The notes beneath the pieces are model-generated. The model saw only the letters and a program-made list of their open reading frames with translations, did not search any database and had not been told where the DNA came from. Position numbers and translations under genes: made by a program. From an uncultured delta proteobacterium (lineage in GTDB: Bacteria; Desulfobacterota; Syntrophobacteria; BM002): DNA of 64,000 nucleotides. Location: NCBI GenBank assembly GCA_963712115.1, contig CAVQGX010000020.1, positions 64,001 to 128,000 on the forward strand. The letters run 5' to 3'. Below are positions 1 through 10,385 of this stretch, one piece after another; within the stretch, counting starts at the first letter, position 1, and every line of letters begins with the position of its first letter.

Positions 1-774
1 CTCCTTAACCCTAGACGGTTTCACTTCCAAACTCTCGGACATGTAATCTCCGTGAGCCAGACCGTAAGGCACGACATGGGATTGACTGCTAAGAAAACTA
101 CTGTCTTCGGTAGAGTTGACCCCGAAGACAGCAGGATCTTCCAAGACAGAGAATTTCCGCAACCAGGTGTGGCGAAATACTACCCCCCAGGGAGGTTCCA
201 CAATGAGTATGTATCTGCGGCTCAGTTGACGAAGATGTTGAAGGCTATCGAAGAGGTAAGGAATTGAAAAAATTCGAAGCACTCCCTTCTCGTTTTCTCC
301 TCCAGGAGCCTTCAAAACCTGGCAGAAGTGTCGTACCTTGTATTTTTTTTGCCCCTTTTTTTGCAGTCTCTCCGATCCCTTCTTCCTTTCTTCAGCCAAA
401 AAAGCTTTGACTTCCCCATCATCTGGGTAAAGTTTTTCAACCTTGAACAACCAGGCCCATTGGTTGGGAAAAGGTAAAAAGGAGAGGAAAAGAAGGGCTT
501 GCTGTCGTAGGTGGCTTTTGTCTTCTCCCTCGGCTATTCTCCGAAATATGTCATACCTTTTTCTCAACCCCTCGTAAGGCCAGTTCAACCCTCTAGAAAC
601 TTCCAAAAAAGGGCGCCCCCAGAAGAGCAGGTAGGAAATAGCAGAACGTACTTCTTGGCGAAGTCTCTTGAAAAAAAGATAGTCCTCGCTGGCAAAAAGA
701 GTGGACGAGTCAATGAGAGCAAAAAATCTCTCCATTGTTTTGACAGATTCGGGACCGTTGTTTTGTTGAATCAT
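1..774 (-). CDS. Putative glycosyltransferase-like protein, N-terminal part (runs off the window edge)
   Basis: Hand translation gives an open minus-strand frame from ATG 774 to position 1 with no stop (MIQQNNGP...VLKAPGGENEKGVLRIFS...YILIVEPPWG...LAHGDY). It is missing from the ORF track because it has no stop. The product call is a recollected resemblance only. Confidence 0.65.
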   Translation of the reverse strand, partial: MIQQNNGPESVKTMERFFALIDSSTLFASEDYLFFKRLRQEVRSAISYLLFWGRPFLEVSRGLNWPYEGLRKRYDIFRRIAEGEDKSHLRQQALLFLSFLPFPNQWAWLFKVEKLYPDDGEVKAFLAEERKKGSERLQKKGQKKYKVRHFCQVLKAPGGENEKGVLRIFSIPYLFDSLQHLRQLSRRYILIVEPPWGVVFRHTWLRKFSVLEDPAVFGVNSTEDSSFLSSQSHVVPYGLAHGDYMSESLEVKPSRVKE

Positions 775-962
775 TCCTGATTGCACTTTAGGCTCAACAT
801 GGGGTCAGGTATAACTACTGTAATTGGCGTGAGGCACGGCCTTAAAAGGATAACCTGCTCTTTGGGGAGACAAATAATAGTACCTGGACCCATCTGGCTT
901 TTCTGGATTTACTTGGTTTAGATGATGGAAAGAGCAGCTGAGTATAATATGGTTTCGGCGAG

Positions 963-2366
963 TTAAGATTTTCGCCTGCTCTTGCAAAGATATATTTTCC
1001 GACCGTTGGGCAGCACTTTCTCGCCAACGAAATCGAAAAAGTTGCCAAAACTATGTTTAAATAATTCAAGACTATAGGGTAGATGATCCCCACCTCTATG
1101 CAAGAGCATTTTTTTAACCATTGGGTCACCGGGAGGAACGAACTCCACAAGCAAGTGTTTTGATATACTACTAAACCATTTGGCAATCAAGGGAAGTGGC
1201 ACATAGGAAGAAAAAACAAGATGATGCAAGAGGGCCAGAGCTAGAGTTAGATCTGCAGGCCCCCGATCACGCAAACTCAAACGTTCCCGATTGTCCCAAC
1301 CAAGACCGGGCGAAGGATTGGCCAGGTTCATGGTCAAGGGCAGAATGGTTCCGGTTCCACCCTCTTTGAATATTTTTCGATAAAGAATTTCCGTACAGAC
1401 CGGGTCTCCGTCAATGCTCACCACGAGGGCTCCTTTGGAGGCCGCGAGCAAGGAAAATTCGCCGGTATTCGCACCTAAATCCCACACCATCTGAGGATTT
1501 AGTTCTGCGACAACCCTTTCGACGTAGTCAGATTTTTCAACAATGTCGTCGCTGCTATATGACCTTATATCAGTGTATTTTTCCCAAACTCCATATTTTC
1601 CCTTCCCCCTGATTTTATCGATAGTGCGCCGTAGAGAGCGGACTAGCCCGATTAAGCTGCGGTCACCCACCTTGGGCTTCTTCTGCGGTTTGAGCTTGCC
1701 ACCGTCTCTAGCGCGATCTGCCTGGGTCTGCATGCGAGCATGGAGGGTAAGATGCATGAAAAGCCCTGGTTTATATCGCCGCCAAAAAGGTAGCATACTG
1801 GTTGCCAGATCAAGTGGGTATCCATCTGAGTATTGTCGCCAAAGTGAAAGAGTGCGGATATCAACGTAGGCAGCTAAAGCGATGGGAGCAAGAAAGTGGG
1901 AGCAGAACTGTCCATAGGCAACCCAAGGACTGTCCGGCAGCCTCTGTCCCAGTGATAGGGTGTCTATTAGGCGGAGTCGCCGGCCGTCATATTGGACATT
2001 AAAAGCGCTGGCATCGCGCAGCCAAAAACCCTCAGGTATTAATAATTCCATGGCCTGGAGGTGAATGATAGCAGCATCTTTGAGCATGGAAAGTGGCCAT
2101 TCCCAAGGGTAGCTGATCATTGGTATTCGGGGGTGGTTCAGACAATAGACAGTTCCTTCGGGAGCACTTTCGGGAATCTCGGTCTCTTGGTGGGGAAACA
2201 AGAGGCCCGCCTTGATGAGCTTGTCATAAATACCAGCATCCCTTAATGCCAAAAAATCGTGCACTCCAGGCGAAAAGACCGTTCTTCGCTGTCTATCTGA
2301 GAAAAACGCTGCAAACTTTACATAGATTGTTGCCCCTGTCAACTGACACCATAGCTCCAAATCCAC
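963..2366 (-). CDS. NoeA-like class I SAM-dependent methyltransferase; N-terminus appears damaged
   Basis: Motifs ISYPWEW, LRDASAFNVQ, VWDLGANTGEFS, LALALLHHL and LVEFVP are typical of the NoeA family. The expected N-terminal SFRDP-like motif is not found in frame. Confidence 0.75.
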   Translation of the reverse strand: MDLELWCQLTGATIYVKFAAFFSDRQRRTVFSPGVHDFLALRDAGIYDKLIKAGLLFPHQETEIPESAPEGTVYCLNHPRIPMISYPWEWPLSMLKDAAIIHLQAMELLIPEGFWLRDASAFNVQYDGRRLRLIDTLSLGQRLPDSPWVAYGQFCSHFLAPIALAAYVDIRTLSLWRQYSDGYPLDLATSMLPFWRRYKPGLFMHLTLHARMQTQADRARDGGKLKPQKKPKVGDRSLIGLVRSLRRTIDKIRGKGKYGVWEKYTDIRSYSSDDIVEKSDYVERVVAELNPQMVWDLGANTGEFSLLAASKGALVVSIDGDPVCTEILYRKIFKEGGTGTILPLTMNLANPSPGLGWDNRERLSLRDRGPADLTLALALLHHLVFSSYVPLPLIAKWFSSISKHLLVEFVPPGDPMVKKMLLHRGGDHLPYSLELFKHSFGNFFDFVGEKVLPNGRKIYLCKSRRKS

Positions 2367-4487
2367 CGTCTAATTCACTTATCAGCACTAAAACCAGCGG
2401 CTTACGGAATATCATCACAAGGTATTGATGCAAGCGCGCGGTCGACAGCAATCGTCTACCGCAATTGGCCGCTCTGAAAACATTCTCTGGTAACAAGAGA
2501 GTCCAATCTTGAAACGTCCCAGATTTTAACTCCCACTGGCCAACCTCTTCGCCATTGACCTCAATCAGCACCCGCTGTTTCGGCAATTTCCCAGATGCTA
2601 AAAAAGCCATGAGGTTAACTTTCAGGACCACAGCTGACGGTACTCCGGCAATTGGTATGGTCAATGAGGCACTCTTGCCATCGGTCCAGGTAAAGCCGTC
2701 TTCAGGTAAACTCCAACCATGGGTCTGATAAGGTTGAGCATTACCCATGAAGCCAAATTCAATTTTTCCACCCCAACTGTAGAGTTCGGCAGTCAAATGT
2801 CTTACGGGAAAGTGGGGTCATTCATGCCAGGATTGAAAACTCATAAGCACTGCCAACCACCATGAACACCCGGTCATACACCTTTCCCTATTTGCGGTTG
2901 GATCAAGGGCAAGAGCTGAAATTCCGTCGGTGTGATTCTCCAGCCCTGCCGCTTCCAGTCTGGTTGCTGCCACGTCGGTAACATTACTTTTTGCCAAACA
3001 GAGATGCAGAGGGCCCCTGCTATTTTGTGGTTTGATGCAGAGAAGAGCTACTGCTCTGCCTAAAAGGTGGGGATTTATCGTCTTAGGATTGATATTAGTC
3101 ACCGGTTTATCCACCGTGGCAATGGGAAATCCAGCCCCGTGATCGGCCTGAAGAACGACGAAAGAAGAGTCATAAATATTAAGAGTCTTGAGCTTGTCCA
3201 GCAGACGAATAAATAGCTTAAGAATACATTTAGTTTCATTTTTATAATGATTTCTAGTAGCCGACAAAATTTTACCAGCACATTCACAATTATCCTTAGT
3301 GACGTAAGCTGGATGTGGTGGCATTAAGTGAATTAAATGATAAGATTTATGTAAGCTATTTAAATTTATGTGATCAATGTAGTCAACAAAGAAAGATTTA
3401 TGATGAAAGTTGCCAACTGCAGTCTGCGGAGAAAAGATAGGGAAGATACTCCAGTTTTGAAAGTTATAAACAAATTTTTTTAAAAAATGAGGCAGATGTC
3501 GAGATATATAAATCCATCAAGGAAAAGCGGCCTCGCTCATTCTGGACACATCATTGGACGGTCCACATACAATTCGGATTCTGTAATAATTAGTGGCATA
3601 CTTGGCACGTAACTCTATGCTGGGAACTAGATTTATTTTCTAGCTGCTTGGGACAAGCTTTTGAGAAAGGATTTTTCTGTTAATGCTTCCTGGACATAAG
3701 AACTTAGTAAGACATTATCTTGATAAGATTTACCGCTGAATATAGCTGGGATGGAAAACGTCGTGGTGCTGGAAACGGTTAAATTTTCTTTGAATAGAAC
3801 AAAACCATCCAGAGAGGTTTCCATCTTGTTTTCTCTAACGACTTCTTCAAAAACATCTGTTTGAAGACCGTCAAGTATAATGTGAATTATGTTAAGAGAT
3901 GAAGAATAGCTTACAAGATTTTCCAAAGAAGAAGATATATGTTTTGATTTAGGTACATAAGCTGAAGGTTTTGTAAAATAGCTAAAGAGGAAAAGTGTAG
4001 ATTGTAAAAATATAAGCATTAAAGAGATATACACGGCTCCTCGGTAAATTTTCCGGTTATATTTTGTAATTAATACTAAGAGCAGTAACCAAAGACTTAT
4101 ATCAACCCAACCCTGCCACTTATAGCCTTCCCATTTAATCAAGTTTCCATCGAGCACCCCATAGTCCCAAACTAAGAAATTACCCTGTAACCACAACAAT
4201 AATCCGAGAGCGAAAAGTATCGCCACGTATTTTGTTGTGAGCTTCCTTGGCAGAATAAAACTGAGCAACGTAAGGCCGAGGAAAGCCAGAACAAACGGTT
4301 TGCTGTAAAGCTGAAGTATTTCGACAAAGGTGGTGGAAAACTCCGAAGTGTTCCCTCTAAAGATGGTTGCCGGGCCGAAGAGAAAAAGGTTTCCCAATAC
4401 CAGGAGGGTTGGCGGCAATCCATAGACTATATAAACTTTCGCGGAGTTCCAGCTATTGTTCTGTTGTTCGTCTTTCACCTTCACCAA
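2293..4487 (-). pseudogene. NoeB/sulfatase-like membrane protein split into at least three ORFs
   Basis: 3633-4487 has TM helices plus IIHIILDGLQ and TTTFSIPAIFSG. 2818-3324 has HLMPPHP and LQADHG. 2293-2796 has a GWSxPE-FTWTDG C-terminal domain. Several indels lie between the pieces. Confidence 0.7.
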
Positions 4488-4655
4488 ACCTGTTTTTTTC
4501 GATCATCCCTACCGCTGATCAGTTCAAGATCCATGCCAGAAATTCTGAAATGCAGGTCGGTCTCATGACTAATATACAAGAGCCTTGTGAAGGATCAAAT
4601 CGTTTTTGAATTTCTGACTAGGTAAGGAGCTTCCTCTGGCATGGGTAAATAATTC

Positions 4656-4698
4656 TTGACACAATAGCCCAACCCACCTATGATGACCACCCGGTCAT
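4656..4698 (+). promoter_or_regulatory. sigma70 promoter with overlapping palindromic operator, probably the TetR site
   Basis: TTGACA (4656) - 17 nt - TATGAT (4679), followed by ATGACC-accc-GGTCAT (4683-4698) over the expected start site. Confidence 0.7.
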
Positions 4699-4735
4699 TT
4701 TTCTATCTAAGAACAAGAAACACATTTCAAACAAA

Positions 4736-5395
4736 ATGGAACATAATACATTCGCTCGGCCAACCTTTGCCAAACTCCCCTCTGAAAAGCAGGAAAGGGT
4801 TTTGGATGCTGCCATTGAGGAGTTCTCCCGTTGGGGCTATGACAAGGCTAGCATCAACCGGATGGTTGGACGGCTCGGCATTGCTAAGGGCTCTATTTTC
4901 CAATACTTTGGTAGCAAGAAGAATCTCTATTTTCACATTTTTGAATATGCTGTGGCGCTGGTGAGGCGAAGCCTCAAAGGGGTTAAAGCCGAGACAGAGG
5001 GAGAGGATTTCTTTATCCGTCTTTCCAAGTCATTGCGGGCCGGCATCTATTTCATCCAGCGGTATCCCAGGATCTATCAAATCTACCTCAAAATGCTCTT
5101 CCAGGAGGATTTTCCTTTTAGAGCAGACCTGCTCAGAACTATCCGCTTATTCTCAATGGACTACCTGAGACCAATAGTGGAGGAGGGGATAAAAAGGGGA
5201 GAGCTCCGACAGGATCTCGATCCGGAAGTAGCGGCCTTTTTTCTGGACGCAGTGCTGGATCGGTTTCTTCAGGCCTACTGCATTGCTTATATGGATTCAG
5301 GCTTGGGACTTTTCCAGGCGAATGAAGAAGTTATCCAAGGAAGAATGGAGGATTGCGTCAACATAGTGCGGTTGGGAATGGCCACTTCAGCGTAA
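4736..5395 (+). CDS. TetR/AcrR family transcriptional regulator
   Basis: N-terminal HTH: VLDAAIEEFSRWGYDKASINRMVGRLGIAKGSIFQYFGSK. Confidence 0.92.
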   Translation: MEHNTFARPTFAKLPSEKQERVLDAAIEEFSRWGYDKASINRMVGRLGIAKGSIFQYFGSKKNLYFHIFEYAVALVRRSLKGVKAETEGEDFFIRLSKSLRAGIYFIQRYPRIYQIYLKMLFQEDFPFRADLLRTIRLFSMDYLRPIVEEGIKRGELRQDLDPEVAAFFLDAVLDRFLQAYCIAYMDSGLGLFQANEEVIQGRMEDCVNIVRLGMATSA

Positions 5396-5417
5396 ACGCA
5401 GGTACCGGAGATGCCAG

Positions 5418-5502
5418 ACCACAAAGGTCACGAAGAACACAAAGAAAATATTCGCTGAACTATATAAAACGCCGTTTGTGCTCTTTGATGACTCTATGCG
5501 TT
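5418..5502. repeat. Intergenic imperfect hairpin of 9-nt units (cacaaagNN family)
   Basis: accacaaaggtcacgaagaacacaaag ... tttgtgctctttgatgactctatgcgtt. Related arms at 20740-20768 and 29747-29760. Confidence 0.6.
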
Positions 5503-5597
5503 CCGCATGGTGAAAGGACAGTTTCCATGGCTTCAATCAGAACAAGGATAAAGGCTTTTACCTACTTCGTCGCAACCGATGGGCGAAAAGAAGCGAG

Positions 5598-6734
5598 TTG
5601 GCAGATATCTATGAAAAAGTCGTTGCCGGGCAAAGACTCTCACGGGAAGACGGTCTGAGACTCTTTAAGTCTCAGGACCTTCTTACCATTGGGTTTTTGG
5701 CTAATTTAGTTCGGGAGAGACTCCACGGTCAGAAAACCTATTGGGTCTATAACCAGCATATCAACTACAGCAACATCTGCACCAATGGCTGCAGGTTTTG
5801 CGCCTTTAGCAGGCGTCTAGGTGAGGAAGGAGGGTACGCTCTGACAGTGGACCAGATGGCGCATAAAGTGCGAGAGCGCTTGCAAGAGCCCATAACAGAG
5901 ATTCATGTGGTTGGTGGATGCCATCCTGATCTTCCCTTCTCCTACTATCTGGACCTTGTCAGGACGATCAAAGAAATGAGGCCGGAGGTCACGGTCAAAG
6001 CCTTCACCACTGTGGAGGTTGCCCACCTGGCTGGAAATGAAGGGTTGGCTATTTCCGAGGTATTGCTGGCCCTCAAGGAAGCTGGAGTTGAGGCCTTGCC
6101 CGGTGGGGGGGCTGAGGTGTTCAGTAATCGGGTGCGGCAGCTTCTTTGCCCAGAAAAGCTGAGCAGTAACGGCTGGCTCGAGGTGGCCAAAGAGGCTCAT
6201 CAGTTGGGAATGCGCTCCAATGCCACTCTTTTGTATGGCCATTTGGAGACTGCGGCTGAGCGGGTTGATCACCTGTTGGCTCTGAGAAAGGCTCAAGACG
6301 AAACTGGCGGTTTTATAACCTTCATCCCCCTGGCATTTCAGTCAGCCAACACTGGAATTGCGGCCTTGCAGCAGAGAACCGGCTATACTGACCTGAAAAC
6401 TATTGCAGTATCTCGCCTTCTACTGGACAACTTCGCCCATATCAAGGCTTACTGGATCATGCTCGGGGTAAAAATTGCCCAGACCGCTCTCTATTTTGGG
6501 GCAGATGATCTGGACGGCACCGTCATGGAGGAACGCATCGGGCACATGGCTGGGGCTTCTAGCGCTGAAGCGCTTACACCTGAGGAGTTGGAGACCTTGA
6601 TCCGCGCTGCAGGACACGAGCCAGTGCAGCGAGATACTTTTTTCCGAGCCGTTGCTGCATGGGATGAATCGGTGATGGCGGAGAGACGGGGAGAAGATAT
6701 CTTGAACCGCAGAATATCGAACAAGGAATTTTGA
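5598..6734 (+). CDS. mqnE: Aminofutalosine synthase (radical SAM)
   Basis: HINYSNICTNGCRFCAF, EIHVVGG, VKAFT, PGGGAE and HIKAYW motifs; futalosine cluster context. Confidence 0.9.
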   Translation: MADIYEKVVAGQRLSREDGLRLFKSQDLLTIGFLANLVRERLHGQKTYWVYNQHINYSNICTNGCRFCAFSRRLGEEGGYALTVDQMAHKVRERLQEPITEIHVVGGCHPDLPFSYYLDLVRTIKEMRPEVTVKAFTTVEVAHLAGNEGLAISEVLLALKEAGVEALPGGGAEVFSNRVRQLLCPEKLSSNGWLEVAKEAHQLGMRSNATLLYGHLETAAERVDHLLALRKAQDETGGFITFIPLAFQSANTGIAALQQRTGYTDLKTIAVSRLLLDNFAHIKAYWIMLGVKIAQTALYFGADDLDGTVMEERIGHMAGASSAEALTPEELETLIRAAGHEPVQRDTFFRAVAAWDESVMAERRGEDILNRRISNKEF

Positions 6735-6797
6735 ATATCGAAGTGATCATTCTACATTTCTGCGGTTTTTTGTTCTGCGGTTCGACATTCAATATTC
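6704..6797. repeat. Hairpin of 7-nt units (AANNNNG family), overlapping the mqnE stop
   Basis: aaccgcag aatatcg aacaagg aattttg aatatcg aagt ... ttctgcggttttttgttctgcggttcgacattc. Homologues at 18559-18684 and 36411-36494. Confidence 0.75.
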
Positions 6798-6845
6798 TGG
6801 CTTTGCCGGATTAGGTGGTCCGGATAGTTCTTCTAGAGCTCTGGA

Positions 6846-7922
6846 ATGGATGAAGTGTTGGATACTATAGCCGAAAAAGCTTGGAACGGTGAAAGGCTGA
6901 CGAAAAAAGAGGCCCTCATCCTCTGGGAAAGAGCGGATTTTTATACCCTGGCCACCCTCGCCCACCACCGTCGCCTGACCCTGCATCCCGAGCCCATTGT
7001 AACTTACGTGATAGATCGCAATATCAATTACACCAACATCTGCGTCTCCGGCTGCCGTTTCTGTGCCTTTTATCGTTCCCCTGGAGCAGAGGACGGCTAT
7101 GTGCTCAGTCAAGGGGAACTGGCAAGTAAAATCGAAGAAACTCTATCCCTTGGCGGGACCCAAATCCTGTTGCAGGGTGGTATGCATCCGGACTTGGGCT
7201 TGAGATTCTATGAGGACATGCTGCGATTTATTAAAGAGCGCTTTTCCATTCATATTCATGCCTTTTCGCCACCTGAGATAGTCCACCTGGCGCGCATAGA
7301 AAATTTGGAAGTGGAAGAGGTTTTGCGCAGGCTCCGGCAGAGTGGTCTCGATTCAATTCCGGGAGGGGGCGCAGAGATCCTGGTGGCTGAGGTCCGCAGC
7401 AAGCTTTCTCCAAAGAAATGCAGCAGCAGCGAGTGGTTGGCAGTGATGGAAACCGCTCACACCCTCGGCATGAGAACCACCGCGACCATGATGTTTGGAC
7501 ACATAGAGACCCTTGAGCAGCGTTTGGAGCATCTCCTGAAACTTCGAGAACTCCAAGACCGAACTACCGGTTTCACCGCTTTTATTCCCTGGACTTTTCA
7601 ACCGGATAATACTGGACTCAAGACAAAACCAGCCACAGCTGTGGATTACTTGAGGACCTTGGCCATGAGCCGTTTGGTGCTTGATAACATTCGCAACCTT
7701 CAGGTCTCATGGGTAACCATGGGGTCAGGGGTGGCCCAGGTAGCTTTGCAGTTCGGTGCCAACGACTTTGGCAGCACCATGATCGAGGAAAATGTAGTGG
7801 CAGCTGCAGGAGTAAGACACCGGCTGTCAGTTGAACAAATAAGAGAGATCATTGTGGATGGAGGTTACGAGCCAAGACAGCGCACCATGAGCTATGAGCT
7901 CATTGAAGAGCATAGAGCATAG
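6846..7922 (+). CDS. mqnC: Cyclic dehypoxanthinyl futalosine synthase (radical SAM)
   Basis: TYVIDRNINYTNICVSGCRFCAF, LLQGG, FIPWTFQP and DFGSTMIEENVV motifs. Confidence 0.92.
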   Translation: MDEVLDTIAEKAWNGERLTKKEALILWERADFYTLATLAHHRRLTLHPEPIVTYVIDRNINYTNICVSGCRFCAFYRSPGAEDGYVLSQGELASKIEETLSLGGTQILLQGGMHPDLGLRFYEDMLRFIKERFSIHIHAFSPPEIVHLARIENLEVEEVLRRLRQSGLDSIPGGGAEILVAEVRSKLSPKKCSSSEWLAVMETAHTLGMRTTATMMFGHIETLEQRLEHLLKLRELQDRTTGFTAFIPWTFQPDNTGLKTKPATAVDYLRTLAMSRLVLDNIRNLQVSWVTMGSGVAQVALQFGANDFGSTMIEENVVAAAGVRHRLSVEQIREIIVDGGYEPRQRTMSYELIEEHRA

Positions 7923-8040
7923 CGTCAAGTTCAAAGTTTCAAGTATCAAAATGCGCCTGAGATTAGTCAAAAAAACTTTGAACTTTGAACATGGAACTTT
8001 GAACCTTATCCTGCTGACAGCTGCCTGCTGTCAAGCAGGA
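7908..8040. repeat. Stacked 7-mer repeat elements (gagcata arm; gttcaaa/tttgaac hairpin; ctgctga arm)
   Basis: gagcatagagcatagcg, then tcaagttcaaagtttcaag ... actttgaactttgaacatggaactttgaac, then ctgctgacagctgcctgctg. Confidence 0.65.
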
Positions 8041-8082
8041 GTAGCCTCGCGGCTGTGAGATACTGAGAAACGATAAAGAAGT

Positions 8083-9348
8083 ATGGCCAGAAAACAGATA
8101 AACCTCTATTCTCCCCGTCCCCGCGGCCCCGTGTCTCCGCCTCGGCGTGATTCCCGTCCTATTCTCCACCGGGCCCGCCTGGTCGTTCCCATAACCCAGC
8201 CGGCCATCGAAGATGGCGCAGTGGTTGTTGCCGATGACACGATCCTGGACGTGGGACCCTTTCCGCTCCTCCGCCGCCAATGGCCTGAGGCTCCGGCCCG
8301 GGACCATGATGAGACTGCCTTGCTTCCCGCCTTGGTAAACGGTCACGCCCATCTGGATCTGAGCGCTCTAGCCGGGCAGGTTCAACCAAAGGGAAGTATG
8401 GCTGAGTGGATCAGAAGTCTTCTGGCGACTAAGGAGAAGTTCGATGAGGAGCATCTGGAAAAGGCAAGAGTACTGGCGCTGGATTCTATTCGTACTTTTG
8501 GCACGGGGATCGTGGGAGACATCAATTCCTCAGGGAGTTTTTCAAGAGGGCAGCCCAATGAAGGGGTGATTACTCAAACATTTGTGGAGGTCTTTGGCCT
8601 TCACACCCAAAGCCTGGAAGTAGCTATTGATCAACTTCCTCCAGCCGCCCGCAAGGTCCTGACAGATAATCAAGAGAGCGTCAGTCTGGCGGCCCATGCA
8701 CCCTATACGACCTCGGCAACACTCCTCAGACAAGTAAAAGAGTGGGGTACGGCAAGGGCCAAGATCATTTCAGTACATGCTGCAGAATCTGAGGAGGAGA
8801 TCCATTTTCTCCATTCCGGCCAGGGTCCTCTCCGGGATCTCTTGGAGGAACGGGGGCACGAACCTGATAGGTGGGAGGTCCCTGGCTGTGGCACGGTCAC
8901 TTACCTGGACCGGCTGGGCTTTCTAGATCCACTCACCCTTTGTGTCCATGCTGTCCAGCTGAGCAGGGAGGAAGTGCAAATCTTGCAGCGGTCCGGGGCA
9001 GGAGTCTGCCTCTGTCCGCGAAGCAATCTCTTCATTGGTCATGGTCTGCCACCGGTAAAGCAGCTTTTGGAGGCGCAAATTTCCTGTTCTATCGGCACTG
9101 ACAGTCTGGCAAGCAACGCCGACCTTAACCTGTTTGAGGAGATGGCTGTCCTAATGGAGGAATGTTCGATTAGCCCTGATGTTGTGCTTACCATGGCCAC
9201 TTTGAATGGCGCTTGCAATCTAGGGATGGCATCCCGCTATGGCAGTTTGGAAAAGGGCAAACGCTGGTTGGCCATCCGAGTCGTAGCCATAGATAGCGAA
9301 GGTATTGTTGCAGCTGGGTGTCAAGGAGATTTAGAATGGGTGAGCTAA
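8083..9348 (+). CDS. Amidohydrolase, probable aminodeoxyfutalosine deaminase
   Basis: PALVNGHAHLDLS, HAPYT, HAAES, CPRSN and GTDSLASN motifs; sits between mqnC and mqnA. Confidence 0.8.
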   Translation: MARKQINLYSPRPRGPVSPPRRDSRPILHRARLVVPITQPAIEDGAVVVADDTILDVGPFPLLRRQWPEAPARDHDETALLPALVNGHAHLDLSALAGQVQPKGSMAEWIRSLLATKEKFDEEHLEKARVLALDSIRTFGTGIVGDINSSGSFSRGQPNEGVITQTFVEVFGLHTQSLEVAIDQLPPAARKVLTDNQESVSLAAHAPYTTSATLLRQVKEWGTARAKIISVHAAESEEEIHFLHSGQGPLRDLLEERGHEPDRWEVPGCGTVTYLDRLGFLDPLTLCVHAVQLSREEVQILQRSGAGVCLCPRSNLFIGHGLPPVKQLLEAQISCSIGTDSLASNADLNLFEEMAVLMEECSISPDVVLTMATLNGACNLGMASRYGSLEKGKRWLAIRVVAIDSEGIVAAGCQGDLEWVS

Positions 9349-10310
9349 AATTCGCTGAGAGTCTTAGGGTGGGCAAAGTCAATTTTATCAATACACTGCC
9401 TGTTTTTTATCCTCTGGAAAGCGGCGCCATAGAGCATGATTTCGAAATAATCGCTGACACTCCTGCTGGCCTTAATTCTTTGTTGGCTTCCGACCAAATC
9501 GATCTGGGAGTAGTCTCGTCAATAGAGTATGGACGCAATTTCGATAAGTATTTGTTGTTGCCGGATCTTTCCATAAGCTGCAAAAGCCGTGTCTGTTCGG
9601 TATTGCTTCTTTCCACTGTACCGCTTGAGCAACTGCGTGACCAAGAAATTCTGCTCACCCCCAAATCACACACCTCCATAGCCTTGCTAAAGTTACTGTT
9701 CTCCCGAAGGTTTGAGATAACATCACATTATCGGCTCACGGATTATCATATGGATGGCTCACCCTGGCCGGACGGTGCAAAAGCGGTTTTGGCCATTGGC
9801 GATGATGCTTTGCGACTACAGAAGAGTCCGGTTGTCACTCTAGCGTTGGATTTGGGCGCAGCCTGGTATGAGTGGACAGGACATCCATTTGTCTTTGCAG
9901 TCTGGGCCTTACGTTGCGGGAGCCTGGCTCAGAGAGACGGACAGGTGCATCAGGCCCATGCAACGTTACTGGAAGCGAGAGATTACGGACTCAATCACCT
10001 GGAGGAGATCGCTAAGGCCGTGGACCAGTGTTCCTGGTTTTCCAGACAAGAGTGCTTGCAATATCTGCAGACCATAGAATACGATCTCGATAGTGATAAA
10101 CAGGCCGGTCTTAGGCTTTTTTTCGACATGCTTTACGAAACAGGCGAGTTGAGCAGGCGGGTACCCCTCAATTTTTTGCCAGCATGCACAGAGAGTACAG
10201 AAGTGAGGCGTGGTTCAGGTTTCAGCAGCGAGAAAAACAGAAAGGTGAAACGTACTGAAGACAGAATATCGTATTTCTTAGTGCTAATTGGAATTTTTGG
10301 TTACTACTAG
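9336..10310 (+). CDS. mqnA: Chorismate dehydratase (MqnA/MqnD family) with an unusual C-terminal tail
   Basis: LRVGKVNFINTLP, V-SVLL, IGDDAL and DLGAAW...PFVFAVW motifs; aaggag RBS before ATG 9336. Confidence 0.82.
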   Translation: MGELKFAESLRVGKVNFINTLPVFYPLESGAIEHDFEIIADTPAGLNSLLASDQIDLGVVSSIEYGRNFDKYLLLPDLSISCKSRVCSVLLLSTVPLEQLRDQEILLTPKSHTSIALLKLLFSRRFEITSHYRLTDYHMDGSPWPDGAKAVLAIGDDALRLQKSPVVTLALDLGAAWYEWTGHPFVFAVWALRCGSLAQRDGQVHQAHATLLEARDYGLNHLEEIAKAVDQCSWFSRQECLQYLQTIEYDLDSDKQAGLRLFFDMLYETGELSRRVPLNFLPACTESTEVRRGSGFSSEKNRKVKRTEDRISYFLVLIGIFGYY

Positions 10311-10385
10311 CACTACCGATTACTGCCAGGCGTGTACCGCGAACAGGCAGTCAACGGACCACGGACATCTCCGGATTGGATCATA

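Noticed and set aside
52-267. Plus-strand 71-aa ORF (and 511-780)
   Set aside because: Shadow of the longer uninterrupted minus-strand frame 774 to 1.
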